DNA of 64,000 nt from Armatimonadota bacterium (GTDB lineage: Bacteria; Armatimonadota; HRBIN16), in the NCBI GenBank assembly GCA_963677485.1, contig OY781964.1, forward strand, positions 2,784,001 through 2,848,000. The letters run 5' to 3'. Position 1 is the first letter of the stretch, and every line of letters starts with the position of its first letter. A program made the position numbers and the translations under genes. Positions 1 to 9,358 of the stretch are shown here, in pieces. The notes under the pieces are model-generated. The model saw nothing but the letters and a program-made list of their open reading frames with translations, was not told where the DNA came from and did no database searches.

Positions 1-1829
1 AGCCAGAGCGCAAGGAACACCGACACCAGCACGATTTGTGTGCTGCCCACAGGCATATCCGGTGTCTCATCCAGCATCTTTAGCCAGATATTCGTTATCA
101 CCAGCAGAGGCACGAGGCCGATGACCGGTAACCAGTTCCATAGCACCTCCACACCCTTACTAGGCATGGGGATGGCCTGTTTGACACACATCTTTTTAAA
201 GCGGTACCGCCAGATAACCCAGGGCACTATCAAGCTCAATGCCATCAACGCGTTCTTTTCGATACCAGTGGCTAACCCGATGTTGCTGCCGCGCCAGGGC
301 ATCCAAGCCGCTTGCGTGAGCAGTGTATACACCGCCAGCGGCACCAGCAACCACCAGATGATCAGCTGCCGCAGCTCCAACTGCCAATCAAGCTCCGGCA
401 CCGATGTCGCGGTCTTTCGGCAGATGAGCTGCCATAGGCCGGTGCGCACCAGGCCCACAACCAACAATACCAGCCAGGCAACAAGAAGCATCATGATAAC
501 AGCTTCATCCACGAGGGTGTATTCCACCATCCGTGAGGCAGCGAGTTGGGACGCAGGGATTGGCGCAACGGAGCCCATACCATACATCATTTCTAGCACC
601 ATCCCCCCGTTTGCTATTCGGCGGCTGAACACGGCTTTGATCTGCGGGCTTAGTGCGTCGATATTGTGGACAGACTGTTCAAGCAGTCGCTTCTGAGCAG
701 GCAGTCCCAGCGAGGAGGCGATGGCTATTGCGGTCTTCTGGTTATACTTCAACAGCGCCTTCGCCAACAATGTGTCCATCACGCGACCATCATTGCTGCG
801 GATCATCTGCGAACTGTAGGGCAACAAAGAGCCCATCAGTTGCAGGGCCTCCGCCTTGTAGCCCATCTGTGCCAACTTAGGACCGATTGACGATAGCCTT
901 AAGGCCATTTCGCGCGACCTGGTGCTATACATGACATCCATGTCAGACATCATCATCAATTGGTTGGTTTTGTAGTGCTCTACCAGCACAGGATGGCTGA
1001 TCTTCAGTGGTATGACATCCAGTGTATGCCGCTGAATGGGCAGCTTCGATGCTCGGATATAAGCTTTAATCCCCAGAAGCATCTGGGCGCGGTCGACAAC
1101 AGTGTAGCTTGGTTCGGGTCTTACCTTCGGAGTTTTCGGTTTGACCGACGGCATCAGCATAGAGGGAGATGCCATCTTACCCGGTGCTGGGATATTTGGT
1201 TTGCCGCCAGGTGGCATGGTCATCGTGGGCATTTTGGGCTCAGACAGGCCAGGTTTTCCGACGGGTTTTTGCGACATCTGCACTCCAGGCATCGGCCCGG
1301 GGCGTCCAGGGATGGAAGGCATCGGCGCCCAGCCGATTTGCTGGAGGTCATCTGTCAGAGCGATCTGAAGTCGTACCATCGCCTCAAGCATCGGGTAGAG
1401 GCCATTGCCTGGGTCCAGCCGCTGTCCAGCAGCACAGATTTTAATACTGCTATCGAATTGTGACTTCACGTCGGAAGCGCTCCGTCCAGGACGTTTCTCC
1501 GACCAGCTTATGTTGAACATACGCGACGCCAGGAACGCCATCTGCGCCTTTTCGGTGCTGTTCAGACTGCTCTTCTTGGCCAGGTCACCCAACCGCGCCA
1601 TTTTATCGATGATCGGTTGTATGTCGTATACTGGGCTATCTTCATCAATGATCAGGTTCGGCCAGGGATTCAGGGGTAAAATCTTCGCCGTGACAGGCGG
1701 TGTCTCTTCATAGTCGTTCTGGCTCGCGTCCTGCGAATAGAGGAAGCCGATCAAGCGTACAGACCACAGCCAGCCGATCACAAGTGCAAGCAGAACCGAG
1801 AGGACACCAAACCAGCCAGATTTCTTCAT
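1..1829 (-). CDS. Hypothetical multi-pass membrane protein, 3'-truncated by the window edge
   Basis: Not in the ORF track because it has no stop in the window. Manual reading gives ATG at 1829 (MKKSGWFGVLSVLLALVIGWLW...) and an open frame to position 3. It has an N-terminal TM/signal, a Pro/Met-rich linker and several C-terminal hydrophobic helices (IMMLLVAWLVLLVVGL, LIIWWLLVPLAVY). Confidence 0.75.
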   Translation of the reverse strand, partial: MKKSGWFGVLSVLLALVIGWLWSVRLIGFLYSQDASQNDYEETPPVTAKILPLNPWPNLIIDEDSPVYDIQPIIDKMARLGDLAKKSSLNSTEKAQMAFLASRMFNISWSEKRPGRSASDVKSQFDSSIKICAAGQRLDPGNGLYPMLEAMVRLQIALTDDLQQIGWAPMPSIPGRPGPMPGVQMSQKPVGKPGLSEPKMPTMTMPPGGKPNIPAPGKMASPSMLMPSVKPKTPKVRPEPSYTVVDRAQMLLGIKAYIRASKLPIQRHTLDVIPLKISHPVLVEHYKTNQLMMMSDMDVMYSTRSREMALRLSSIGPKLAQMGYKAEALQLMGSLLPYSSQMIRSNDGRVMDTLLAKALLKYNQKTAIAIASSLGLPAQKRLLEQSVHNIDALSPQIKAVFSRRIANGGMVLEMMYGMGSVAPIPASQLAASRMVEYTLVDEAVIMMLLVAWLVLLVVGLVRTGLWQLICRKTATSVPELDWQLELRQLIIWWLLVPLAVYTLLTQAAWMPWRGSNIGLATGIEKNALMALSLIVPWVIWRYRFKKMCVKQAIPMPSKGVEVLWNWLPVIGLVPLLVITNIWLKMLDETPDMPVGSTQIVLVSVFLALW

Positions 1830-1912
1830 CGAATAGACACCTCATGTGAAAAATCGGTTAATCACTGTTTGTATCTTACGCACCGCAGGATCGTTTGTCA
1901 AGGACTGCCGGA

Positions 1913-1933
1913 AGGGTGATTCGCGAATCGCCC
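1913..1933. repeat. REP-like palindrome GGG(C/T)GATTCGCGAATCGCCC
   Basis: Near-perfect palindrome; a second copy with a GTAG head lies at 25411-25434. Confidence 0.7.
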
Positions 1934-2049
1934 ATAGACAGATTGTGAAGGCCGGCGACCATGTGCGACGAGTTCCCGCAACCCCCTAAAGTGGGCCTTG
2001 TCATCCGTCGCTGATCATTACCGGTCCGCTGAAGCGGACGGGGGCATCT

Positions 2050-2448
2050 CTTCGTGTTTATTCGTGTTTATCTGTGGTTAAAATCCCTCCGCGTTGTCTG
2101 CCCCGTAGTGGACATGTCAGATGAGTATGACGAGTAGGACGATGCGCCGTGATGCAATGCCTCCACAATTCGTGTCCATTCGTGTGCATTCGTGGTTAAC
2201 AATCCCTTCGCGCCTTCGCGGCTTCGCGTGAGATCATAACCTAATCTGTGTAATCTGCGTAATCTGTGGATAGATTCATCCGTGTTCATCCATGTTTATC
2301 TGTGGTTAAATCCCTCCGCGTTGTCTGCTCCGGAGTGGACATGTCAGATGAGTATGACGAGTAGGACGATGCGCCATGATGCAATGCCTCCACAATTCGT
2401 GTTCATTCGTGGTTGACTATCCCTTCGCGCCTTCGCGTCTTCGCGTGA
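2050..2448. repeat. Intergenic mosaic of 9-10 bp triplet repeat modules; a ~170-180 bp block is duplicated
   Basis: Modules (ATTCGTGTNC)n-GGTT, (TTCGCGNC)n-GTGAG, (ATCTGYGTA)n-GGAT and GATGAGTATGACGAGTAGGAC. Block ~2051-2231 recurs at ~2279-2448. Confidence 0.85.
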
Positions 2449-2505
2449 AGCCATGTATTCACTGCGTGAGAACCCTATTCTGCTAATTGTTTGTATAATT
2501 GAAAC

Positions 2506-3891
2506 ATGAGTACATCGGCAATCAACACAACAACCTGTTCCGGCTGGGGACGCTACCCAAAAGCTCCCTGCGGGTTATACAGACCCGACAGCCTACGCGA
2601 GCTGGGCGATATCCCCACGGACTGTAAACAGCGCGGCTGGTCGGTGATACCTCGCGGACTAGGCCGCAGTTACGGCGACGCAGCCCTCAATGGCGGCTTC
2701 GGCGCGGCGTTGATGACCCACCTCGACCGTATCATCGAATTCAACACCTCCACGGGTCGGCTGCGCTGCGAGGCGGGTCTGAGCCTGCTGCAGATCATCC
2801 GGCGCCTGATGCCCCTGGGATGGTTCCCCATGGTCACCCCTGGCACGCAGTTCTGCACCGTGGGCGGGGCCATTGCGGCTGATGTCCACGGAAAAAACCA
2901 CCATGTGGACGGCTCCTTTGGCGACCACCTTTATCAGCTCACACTGATGCTGCCCTCAGGCGAGATGGTATCCTGCAGCCGAGAGCAGAATTCCGATCTG
3001 TTCTGGGCCACCGTGGGTGGGATGGGTCTGACCGGTGTGATCGTCGATGCCGAGTTTCAGCTTCGGGCCGTGCAGACGAGCCGGATTACCGAAAGCCGCG
3101 TGCGCACGCGCGATCTGGACGAGACGCTGTTCACCTTCCAGGAGCGCGACAGCCGGTATCCCTATTCCGTGGCTTGGATGGACTGCCTGAGCACAGGACG
3201 CCACTTTGGGCGCGGAGTTCTGCTGTTTGGCGACCATTCGGTAAGTACAGACCTGCCGCGGATGGAGCAGGACAAGCCGCTTTCATTACCCAAAGCGAAG
3301 TCGGTGACGGTTCCGATGGACGCTCCAGGATTTCTTTTGAACCGCCTCTCGCTGCTGGCATTTAACCAGGCCTATTACTCCTTTAATCCCACCAACGAGA
3401 GCCACATTGTCAGCACGCAGCGCTTCTTCCACCCGCTGGACGCCGTGGTGGACTGGAACCGGCTGTATGGTAAAGCCGGATTTACGCAGTGGCAGTGCAT
3501 CGTGCCTTTTGACGGCGGTGCCAAGCGGCTGCAGCAGATTTTAGAAAAAGTGCAGCATAGCGGTCAGTTGCCCTTCCTGTGCATTCTGAAGCGCATGGGT
3601 AAAGGAAGCGGCGGGCTGCTCTCCTTCCCGATGGAGGGCTACACCCTCGCGATGGACTTCCCTGTGCGGAAAGGACTGCTCCCGCTGCTGGATGCATTGG
3701 ATGAACTGGTGCTGCAAGCGGGTGGGCGGCTCTATCTGGCGAAGGATGCCCGGGCGTCGGTCAGCACCATCGCTGCGATGTATCCAAATCTGCACCTATT
3801 TAAAACTATGAAGATGAGTATCGACCCGAACATGCTGATGCAGAGCAACATGAGCCGTCGGCTGGAGCTTTCGGCTGAGGTGTCGGCATGA
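2506..3891 (+). CDS. FAD-binding oxidoreductase, DprE1-like (decaprenylphosphoryl-beta-D-ribose oxidase family)
   Basis: RGLGRSYGDAA, VTPGTQFCTVGGAIAADVHGKNHH, ATVGGMGLTG and GGRLYLAKD motifs; coupled to a downstream SDR. Confidence 0.85.
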   Translation: MSTSAINTTTCSGWGRYPKAPCGLYRPDSLRELGDIPTDCKQRGWSVIPRGLGRSYGDAALNGGFGAALMTHLDRIIEFNTSTGRLRCEAGLSLLQIIRRLMPLGWFPMVTPGTQFCTVGGAIAADVHGKNHHVDGSFGDHLYQLTLMLPSGEMVSCSREQNSDLFWATVGGMGLTGVIVDAEFQLRAVQTSRITESRVRTRDLDETLFTFQERDSRYPYSVAWMDCLSTGRHFGRGVLLFGDHSVSTDLPRMEQDKPLSLPKAKSVTVPMDAPGFLLNRLSLLAFNQAYYSFNPTNESHIVSTQRFFHPLDAVVDWNRLYGKAGFTQWQCIVPFDGGAKRLQQILEKVQHSGQLPFLCILKRMGKGSGGLLSFPMEGYTLAMDFPVRKGLLPLLDALDELVLQAGGRLYLAKDARASVSTIAAMYPNLHLFKTMKMSIDPNMLMQSNMSRRLELSAEVSA

Positions 3892-4625
3892 AGAAAATAC
3901 TGATCGTCGGCGCCACCTCACGCATGGCTTTGGAACTGGCTCGGATGTATGCGGCGGAAGGCGCACATATGGTATTGGCCGGTGTCGAGGCGGACGAACA
4001 GCAGCGTGTGGCGGCGGATGTACGCGTGGGCAACGATGGCGAGGTATACACCGCCGATTTCGATATCACCCAACTGCAGCACCACCGCGACTTCCTGGAC
4101 CAGGTGATCGTGCAGTTGGGCGGCCTCGACGGCCTCGTGCTGTTTTGCGGCAGCATGGCGGGAGTGGAAGAGGCCAAGACCGACCCGCAGGCTCTGGACT
4201 GGCTGATGCGTGTGAACGCCATCGGCCCGATGGCATTGGCGGGTCTGGCGGCTGAGCATATGCAGCAGCAGAGATCGGGCTTCATCGTCGGCTTGAGCTC
4301 GGTGGCGGGTGACCGCGGCCGGCAAAGCAACTACCCATATGGCGTGGCCAAAGGGGCGTTTGCTCTCTATCTGCAGGGGTTGCGCAACCGGCTGCATAAA
4401 AGCGGGGTCAGGGTGATCACCATGAAACCCGGTTTCGTAGATACCCGTATGACCTGGGGTATGGGCAAGCTGCCGTTCATCGCCAGCGCCGAAGAGGTGG
4501 CCAGGGCCATCTACCGCGCCCCTCAGGGCGTTCAAGACATCGTGTATGTAAAACCCATCTGGGCGCTGATCATGTGGGTCATCAAGCACATCCCCGAGGC
4601 GATCTTCAAGCGCATGAAGCTGTAA
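3888..4625 (+). CDS. Short-chain dehydrogenase/reductase, DprE2-like
   Basis: ILIVGATS, SSVAGDRGRQSNYPYGVAK (YxxxK) and KPGFVDTRMT; ATGA overlap with the upstream gene. Confidence 0.85.
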   Translation: MKKILIVGATSRMALELARMYAAEGAHMVLAGVEADEQQRVAADVRVGNDGEVYTADFDITQLQHHRDFLDQVIVQLGGLDGLVLFCGSMAGVEEAKTDPQALDWLMRVNAIGPMALAGLAAEHMQQQRSGFIVGLSSVAGDRGRQSNYPYGVAKGAFALYLQGLRNRLHKSGVRVITMKPGFVDTRMTWGMGKLPFIASAEEVARAIYRAPQGVQDIVYVKPIWALIMWVIKHIPEAIFKRMKL

Positions 4626-4721
4626 CTGGGGGGCGTGAACCACGGATTGGACGGATCGGGAATGTTTCGTGTTTAGCTTCAAAGCGCCAACAACCGGTTA
4701 AGATGACTCAGAGGTAGCAGA

Positions 4722-5177
4722 ATGACAACAATCAACCTCACACAACCTGAGGCCGATGCGCTACTCGCAATGGATAAATGCCGTATAGATGACCAATTGT
4801 GGACATTTCCGCAACATGGTGGATGCATTAGTATTCCGTTGACTTCTCGAGATCATAGAGAGCACTTCACACTCGATGTAAGCCGTAGTATGAATATCCT
4901 GTGTAAATGGAAATACCAAAACAGGGTTCGTCAGTCTATAATATTGGCAAGGTGTGATATCGGTGGTGCTCCACATCGGAACCCAGATGACATAGAGATT
5001 GGATGTCCTCACCTACACCTATACCGTGAGGGGTATGGGGACAAGTGGGCGTTCCCTCTCCCTCAAAAGTCTTTTCGCGATACGACTGACATGTGGATGT
5101 TGCTCATGGACTTCATGAGCTATTGCCATATCGTAGAACCTCCGAATATCCATAAGGGTGATACCCATGATAAGTGA
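4722..5177 (+). CDS. DUF6978-like hypothetical protein
   Basis: [15 protein letters not shown]...[17 protein letters not shown] motif, typical of the small protein found upstream of DUF1828/1829 genes; lower GC. Confidence 0.65.
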   Translation: MTTINLTQPEADALLAMDKCRIDDQLWTFPQHGGCISIPLTSRDHREHFTLDVSRSMNILCKWKYQNRVRQSIILARCDIGGAPHRNPDDIEIGCPHLHLYREGYGDKWAFPLPQKSFRDTTDMWMLLMDFMSYCHIVEPPNIHKGDTHDK

Positions 5178-5931
5178 ATTTCACGATCTGCTAGACAAAT
5201 ACCATCTCTGGCTTAAGGAAAAGACAACGCTTCGGCAGGTCAATGACTGGGTTGAGATCACCACTCCTTACCTGGACAGACACAACGACTACCTTCAGAT
5301 ATATGTTAAGCCTGATGAGGGTGGCTATGTATTGATGGATGACGGCTACATCCTAGAAGATTTGGAGACCTCCGGGTGCAAGTTAGATTCGCCTAAACGG
5401 CAGGAGCTGTTGCACACCGTACTAAACGGGTACGGCATCAAGATCGTCAACGGCACACTGCAGGTACGTGCAACAAACGAGAGCTTCGCCCTGCGGAAAC
5501 ACAATCTGTTGCAGGCGATGTTATCGGTCAATGATATGTTCTACCTCGCCCAACCTGCTGTGGCTAGTCTGTATTGCGAAGACGTGGCCAACTGGCTTGA
5601 CTATCACGAAATCCGATACACACCGAGGGTGAAGTTTACCGGCAAGACCAGTTTTGATTATATGTTTGATTTTGCAATACCAAAATCAAAAACACAACCC
5701 GAACGGTTGATCAAGGCCATCACCAATCCCAATCGCGATTCTGCCCAATCGGCAATCCTCTCATGGCACGACACCAGGGAGGTTCGTCCCCATGCATCCA
5801 GGTTCTATGCCGTTCTGAACGATGCCGCACGCGATATACCTTCGACGGTCATAGAGGCCTTGCGAAGCTACGACGTGGTGGTAGTTCCCTGGAGTAAACG
5901 CGATGATGTCTGGGAAGAACTCGCTGCGTAG
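5167..5931 (+). CDS. DUF1828 + DUF1829 domain protein (C-terminal PD-(D/E)XK-like fold)
   Basis: [17 protein letters not shown]...DDGY in the N-terminal half and [15 protein letters not shown] in the C-terminal half. ATG 5167 overlaps the end of the upstream gene (ORF track uses GTG 5158). Confidence 0.7.
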   Translation: MISEFHDLLDKYHLWLKEKTTLRQVNDWVEITTPYLDRHNDYLQIYVKPDEGGYVLMDDGYILEDLETSGCKLDSPKRQELLHTVLNGYGIKIVNGTLQVRATNESFALRKHNLLQAMLSVNDMFYLAQPAVASLYCEDVANWLDYHEIRYTPRVKFTGKTSFDYMFDFAIPKSKTQPERLIKAITNPNRDSAQSAILSWHDTREVRPHASRFYAVLNDAARDIPSTVIEALRSYDVVVVPWSKRDDVWEELAA

Positions 5932-6017
5932 CTTCTATACCCAACATTGGCATTACATCCACCCAGTCTACCCCTCCCATTTGCCACGTTGGCCGGTGTG
6001 ATGATTAACTGTATCTA

Positions 6018-7340
6018 ATGAGAACACTCGCACATACACTCCTATACACCTTCCTTTGCCTGCTGGTGACCGTCACAGGCGCGAAGGCGCAGCCCGAAGT
6101 CAGCCTCACCGGACTGCCAAACGGTCTGCGGGTGATCGTATGCACGCGCACGGAGGCCCCGCTGGTCAGCATCCACCTGAGGGTTCACAGCGGCTCCGCG
6201 GCGGATGCGCCCACCGCGCTGGGTGCTGCACATGCCTGCGAACACATCATCTTCAGCGGCACTACCACCCGCGGTCCTGGCGAAATGGACAACGAGATCG
6301 AGGGCATGGGTGCCAGTCTTCAAGCCACTACCACCCGCGATACCATCCAGCTCTCCACGGTGGTCTCCAAGAGCTATTGGCAGGAGGTCGATGCACTCAT
6401 CGCCGATGCGGTGCAGAACCCCACAGTGCCGGACAAGGAGTTCGACCGCGAGCAGCTCATCATCCTGCAGGAGTTAGCCCGTCGCAGCAATGAGCCGCGC
6501 TTCCAGGCGGAGGAGGCGCTCTGGCCAATGCTGTTGCCTGAGAGCCCGTATGCGCACTCGATTGGCGGCACCAAGCAAAGCGTGCTGGGGCTGAAGCGTG
6601 AATCAATCCTGCAATTCATCCGAACCCACTTTGTGCCCAATAACTGCACGCTGGTGCTGACGGGTGACATCACGCCAGAAGAAGCGCTGCCGGTGGTTCG
6701 TAAGCACTACGGCAACTGGACGGCTGTCAGTCTGCCCCCGGTGCCCGCCCCGCAAAGGCCAGTATCGACCAGCATACGAGGTCAAAAACTGCTCTCTGTA
6801 TCGTCACAACGCACTGTAGCGTTCGGGTTTGTGGCCCCCGGCGTGGCTCAGTGGCGCGATGCCCTGGCGTGCGATGCCCTGCTCTATCTGCTCAGTGCCC
6901 CTGAGGCGAACCTCAAACAGCAGTTGCTGCATGACAAGCTGGCTAGCCAGGTAGATGGCCGCTATACCACCAGCCGATGGCCCACACTGCTCTACCTGAG
7001 TATCCCGCTGGGTAACCAGACGGATGCCCGCGATGTCGAACAGCGGGTTCTGGCTGAATGTTCACGACTAGCTGAGCAGGGGCCGACACCGATGGAGCTA
7101 AGCAAAGCGATCCGGCAGCTTGCCGGGCAGCAGTTATTCACCGAGGAAACCCTGGAAGGGCAATCCACTTTGCTCGGGTTGATGGATTCTATATCCGACT
7201 ACCGCAAGTCGCTGAGCTATATCACCGACCTTCAAAGCCTGAGCATTCAAGAGGTGCAGACGGCCGCCCGAAACTACCTGGTAAATGGCCCCAGGGCTAT
7301 CGTGACGGTAGAGCCGATGAACCTGGAGGCAGCGAAATGA
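6018..7340 (+). CDS. M16 (pitrilysin) family zinc peptidase, catalytic subunit, secreted
   Basis: Signal peptide; LPNGLRVI; inverted zinc motif HACEH; FVPNNCTLVLTGD. Confidence 0.85.
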   Translation: MRTLAHTLLYTFLCLLVTVTGAKAQPEVSLTGLPNGLRVIVCTRTEAPLVSIHLRVHSGSAADAPTALGAAHACEHIIFSGTTTRGPGEMDNEIEGMGASLQATTTRDTIQLSTVVSKSYWQEVDALIADAVQNPTVPDKEFDREQLIILQELARRSNEPRFQAEEALWPMLLPESPYAHSIGGTKQSVLGLKRESILQFIRTHFVPNNCTLVLTGDITPEEALPVVRKHYGNWTAVSLPPVPAPQRPVSTSIRGQKLLSVSSQRTVAFGFVAPGVAQWRDALACDALLYLLSAPEANLKQQLLHDKLASQVDGRYTTSRWPTLLYLSIPLGNQTDARDVEQRVLAECSRLAEQGPTPMELSKAIRQLAGQQLFTEETLEGQSTLLGLMDSISDYRKSLSYITDLQSLSIQEVQTAARNYLVNGPRAIVTVEPMNLEAAK

Positions 7341-8665
7341 GCCGCTGGGCCGCCATATTTGTGTTGATCACACTCTGTCTGCCTGGCTGGTGCCTCATGC
7401 CGCCGGTGGAACGAATGGTGCTGTCCAACGGCGTCACCGTGGTGTCGGTCACGGAGCCTGGTGCGCGGATACTCTCCGTGCAGGCCTTTTTTAAAGTGGG
7501 CTTGTGGGCGGAGCCCTCTGGGCAGGCCGGAATCCGGCATCTGGTGGCCCGCAGTCTGTTCGGCAGCAGTGAGAACCAGAGTTCGGATGATCTGGCCCGC
7601 GAGATCGACCGGGTGGGGGGTGCTGTGTATGTCAACCCCGCCCCCGACATGATAGAGCTGGGTGTGAATACCGTGACCGATCAGTTTGCCAACGCCAGCT
7701 ATCTGCTCTGCGATGCCATCAAAAACCCTCAGTTTGAGCCCGTCGTGCTGGAAAGTGCGCGCACGGTCTGCCTGGCGGACCTGGAAGCGGAGCAGAACAG
7801 CCAATTTCGGGCCACATTCCGACTGCTGCGAAACCTCACCATGCCCGACTACAGCAGTTACAGCCGCAGCTTGATTGGTGACCGCAGCTTTCTGCAATCC
7901 GCCACAGCACAGCAGTGCCGCAGCTTCGCCGCCGGTCAGCTTACCGCCGACCGGCTGGTGGTTGTGGTGGTGGGGAACCTGCCCTCTGCTGCGGTGTTCA
8001 AGCGGTTGGACACTCTGCTGGGCGAGTGGCGTACGAAGCTCAGCACTCCGAGGCCTGATCCTCCGGCCCTGTCGCCAACCCGTGACGTGCTCAGCGATGT
8101 GCAGGACATGCCGACCGCCACCGCCTATCTGGGTGTGGGCGTCTCGGCACCTGGGATGCTGAGCCCGGATTATCCCGCCGCTCAGGTGCTGACCACACTG
8201 CTGGGCACCGGCAAAAGCAGCAGGGTATTCACCGAGCTGCGAACCCGCGCCGGCATGGGCTATGAGCTGGGCGGGTTCTACCCTGACCTGCGCGACGGCA
8301 GCCTGATCATGCTATACCTGCAGACCTTGACCAGCATGGATGACCCCAACACGGGCATGCCGGTGATGCTGGTGAACGAAGCCAAGCAGCAACTGGTGAA
8401 CCAACTTAAGCTGCTGGTGAGCAAGCCGCCCACGGATGCCGAGGTGTTGCGCGCCAAGCGGATGCTGATAGGCAACCACGCGTTGAAGCACCAGCGCCAG
8501 CGCGACCGCGCTTACTACCTCGGGTGGTACGAAGCGGTAGGCCTGGGGTGTGAATATGACCGGAAGTATGAGAGCATCATCAACGCCGTGACCGCTGAGC
8601 AGGTGCGCAGCCTCGCCAAGCGGCTCACCCCGGGTTACGCCGTGGCCGTGACTATGCCCAAATAG
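7337..8665 (+). CDS. M16 family peptidase, non-catalytic partner subunit
   Basis: LSNGVTVV; HxxEH is replaced by HLVAR; SSRVFTELRTRAGMGY (R-Y pair); ATGA overlap. Confidence 0.8.
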   Translation: MSRWAAIFVLITLCLPGWCLMPPVERMVLSNGVTVVSVTEPGARILSVQAFFKVGLWAEPSGQAGIRHLVARSLFGSSENQSSDDLAREIDRVGGAVYVNPAPDMIELGVNTVTDQFANASYLLCDAIKNPQFEPVVLESARTVCLADLEAEQNSQFRATFRLLRNLTMPDYSSYSRSLIGDRSFLQSATAQQCRSFAAGQLTADRLVVVVVGNLPSAAVFKRLDTLLGEWRTKLSTPRPDPPALSPTRDVLSDVQDMPTATAYLGVGVSAPGMLSPDYPAAQVLTTLLGTGKSSRVFTELRTRAGMGYELGGFYPDLRDGSLIMLYLQTLTSMDDPNTGMPVMLVNEAKQQLVNQLKLLVSKPPTDAEVLRAKRMLIGNHALKHQRQRDRAYYLGWYEAVGLGCEYDRKYESIINAVTAEQVRSLAKRLTPGYAVAVTMPK

Positions 8666-8683
8666 CCGGAGTTTGGCGGGACC

Positions 8684-9262
8684 TTGTCTGAACCACGGAT
8701 TACGCGGATTATTTGGATTTCACGGATGGGGAGTAGACCCCGGTCCTACCTTTGCGTCCTTGCGTGTGACAGTTCCCATCCGCGTTCATTCGTGTTCATC
8801 CGTGGTTAAAAAATAACCTTCGTGCCGATCGCCGTCCGCCATGGAACCAGACCGGCGCGGTCTTGAGCCCTCTGTTACTTCCATAGTACCGTCAGACCGC
8901 CCCGGACATAGCCAATTGGGCTGCGGTGGGGGTTTCCCATCCGTGCCATCCGTGTAATCCGTGTAATCCGTGGTTCAGACAATCTGTGTCATCTGTGTCA
9001 TCTGTGGATGCGTTCCTCCCCTTCGTGTCCATTTGTGTCCATTCGTGGTTAAGAAATTCCCTCGTGTCAATAACCGTCCGGCTATCCGCCAGACCGGCGC
9101 GGTTAGGGGAAAACCGCCCCGGACATGGCCAACTAAGCGGTGACTTCCCCATCCGTTTCATCTGTGTAATCCGTAGTTCAGACAATCCGTGTAATCTGCG
9201 TAATCTGTGGATTTTCTTTCCCTTCGCGCCGTCACCTGCGGTGTCGCGTCTTCGCGTGAGAC
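8684..9262. repeat. Large intergenic mosaic of triplet repeat modules and AGACCGGCGCGG/ACCGCCCCGGACAT units
   Basis: (ATCCGTGTA)n-GGTTCAGACAA occurs three times, the first inverted (8684-8732). Also (ATCTGTGTC)n-GGAT, (ATTCGTGTC)n-GGTT and TTCGCG modules. Unit ~8778-9010 is imperfectly repeated at ~9022-9212. Confidence 0.85.
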
Positions 9263-9358
9263 AATTACCTTGCACCGTCATCTGTCGATAACCCCCCCTT
9301 GACTGCATCCGCCATCTGGCGCACAATACATCAAGTATACAAATACGGAGGCACCACG

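Noticed and set aside
2050-2448. CRISPR array (also considered for 8684-9262)
   Set aside because: There is no constant 25-40 bp repeat with unique, equal-length spacers; the intervening sequence is itself duplicated; no cas genes are in the window.
4630-5990. Integron cassette (attC) around the low-GC genes
   Set aside because: No RYYYAAC...GTTRRRY bounded palindrome was found after the genes, and there is no integrase.
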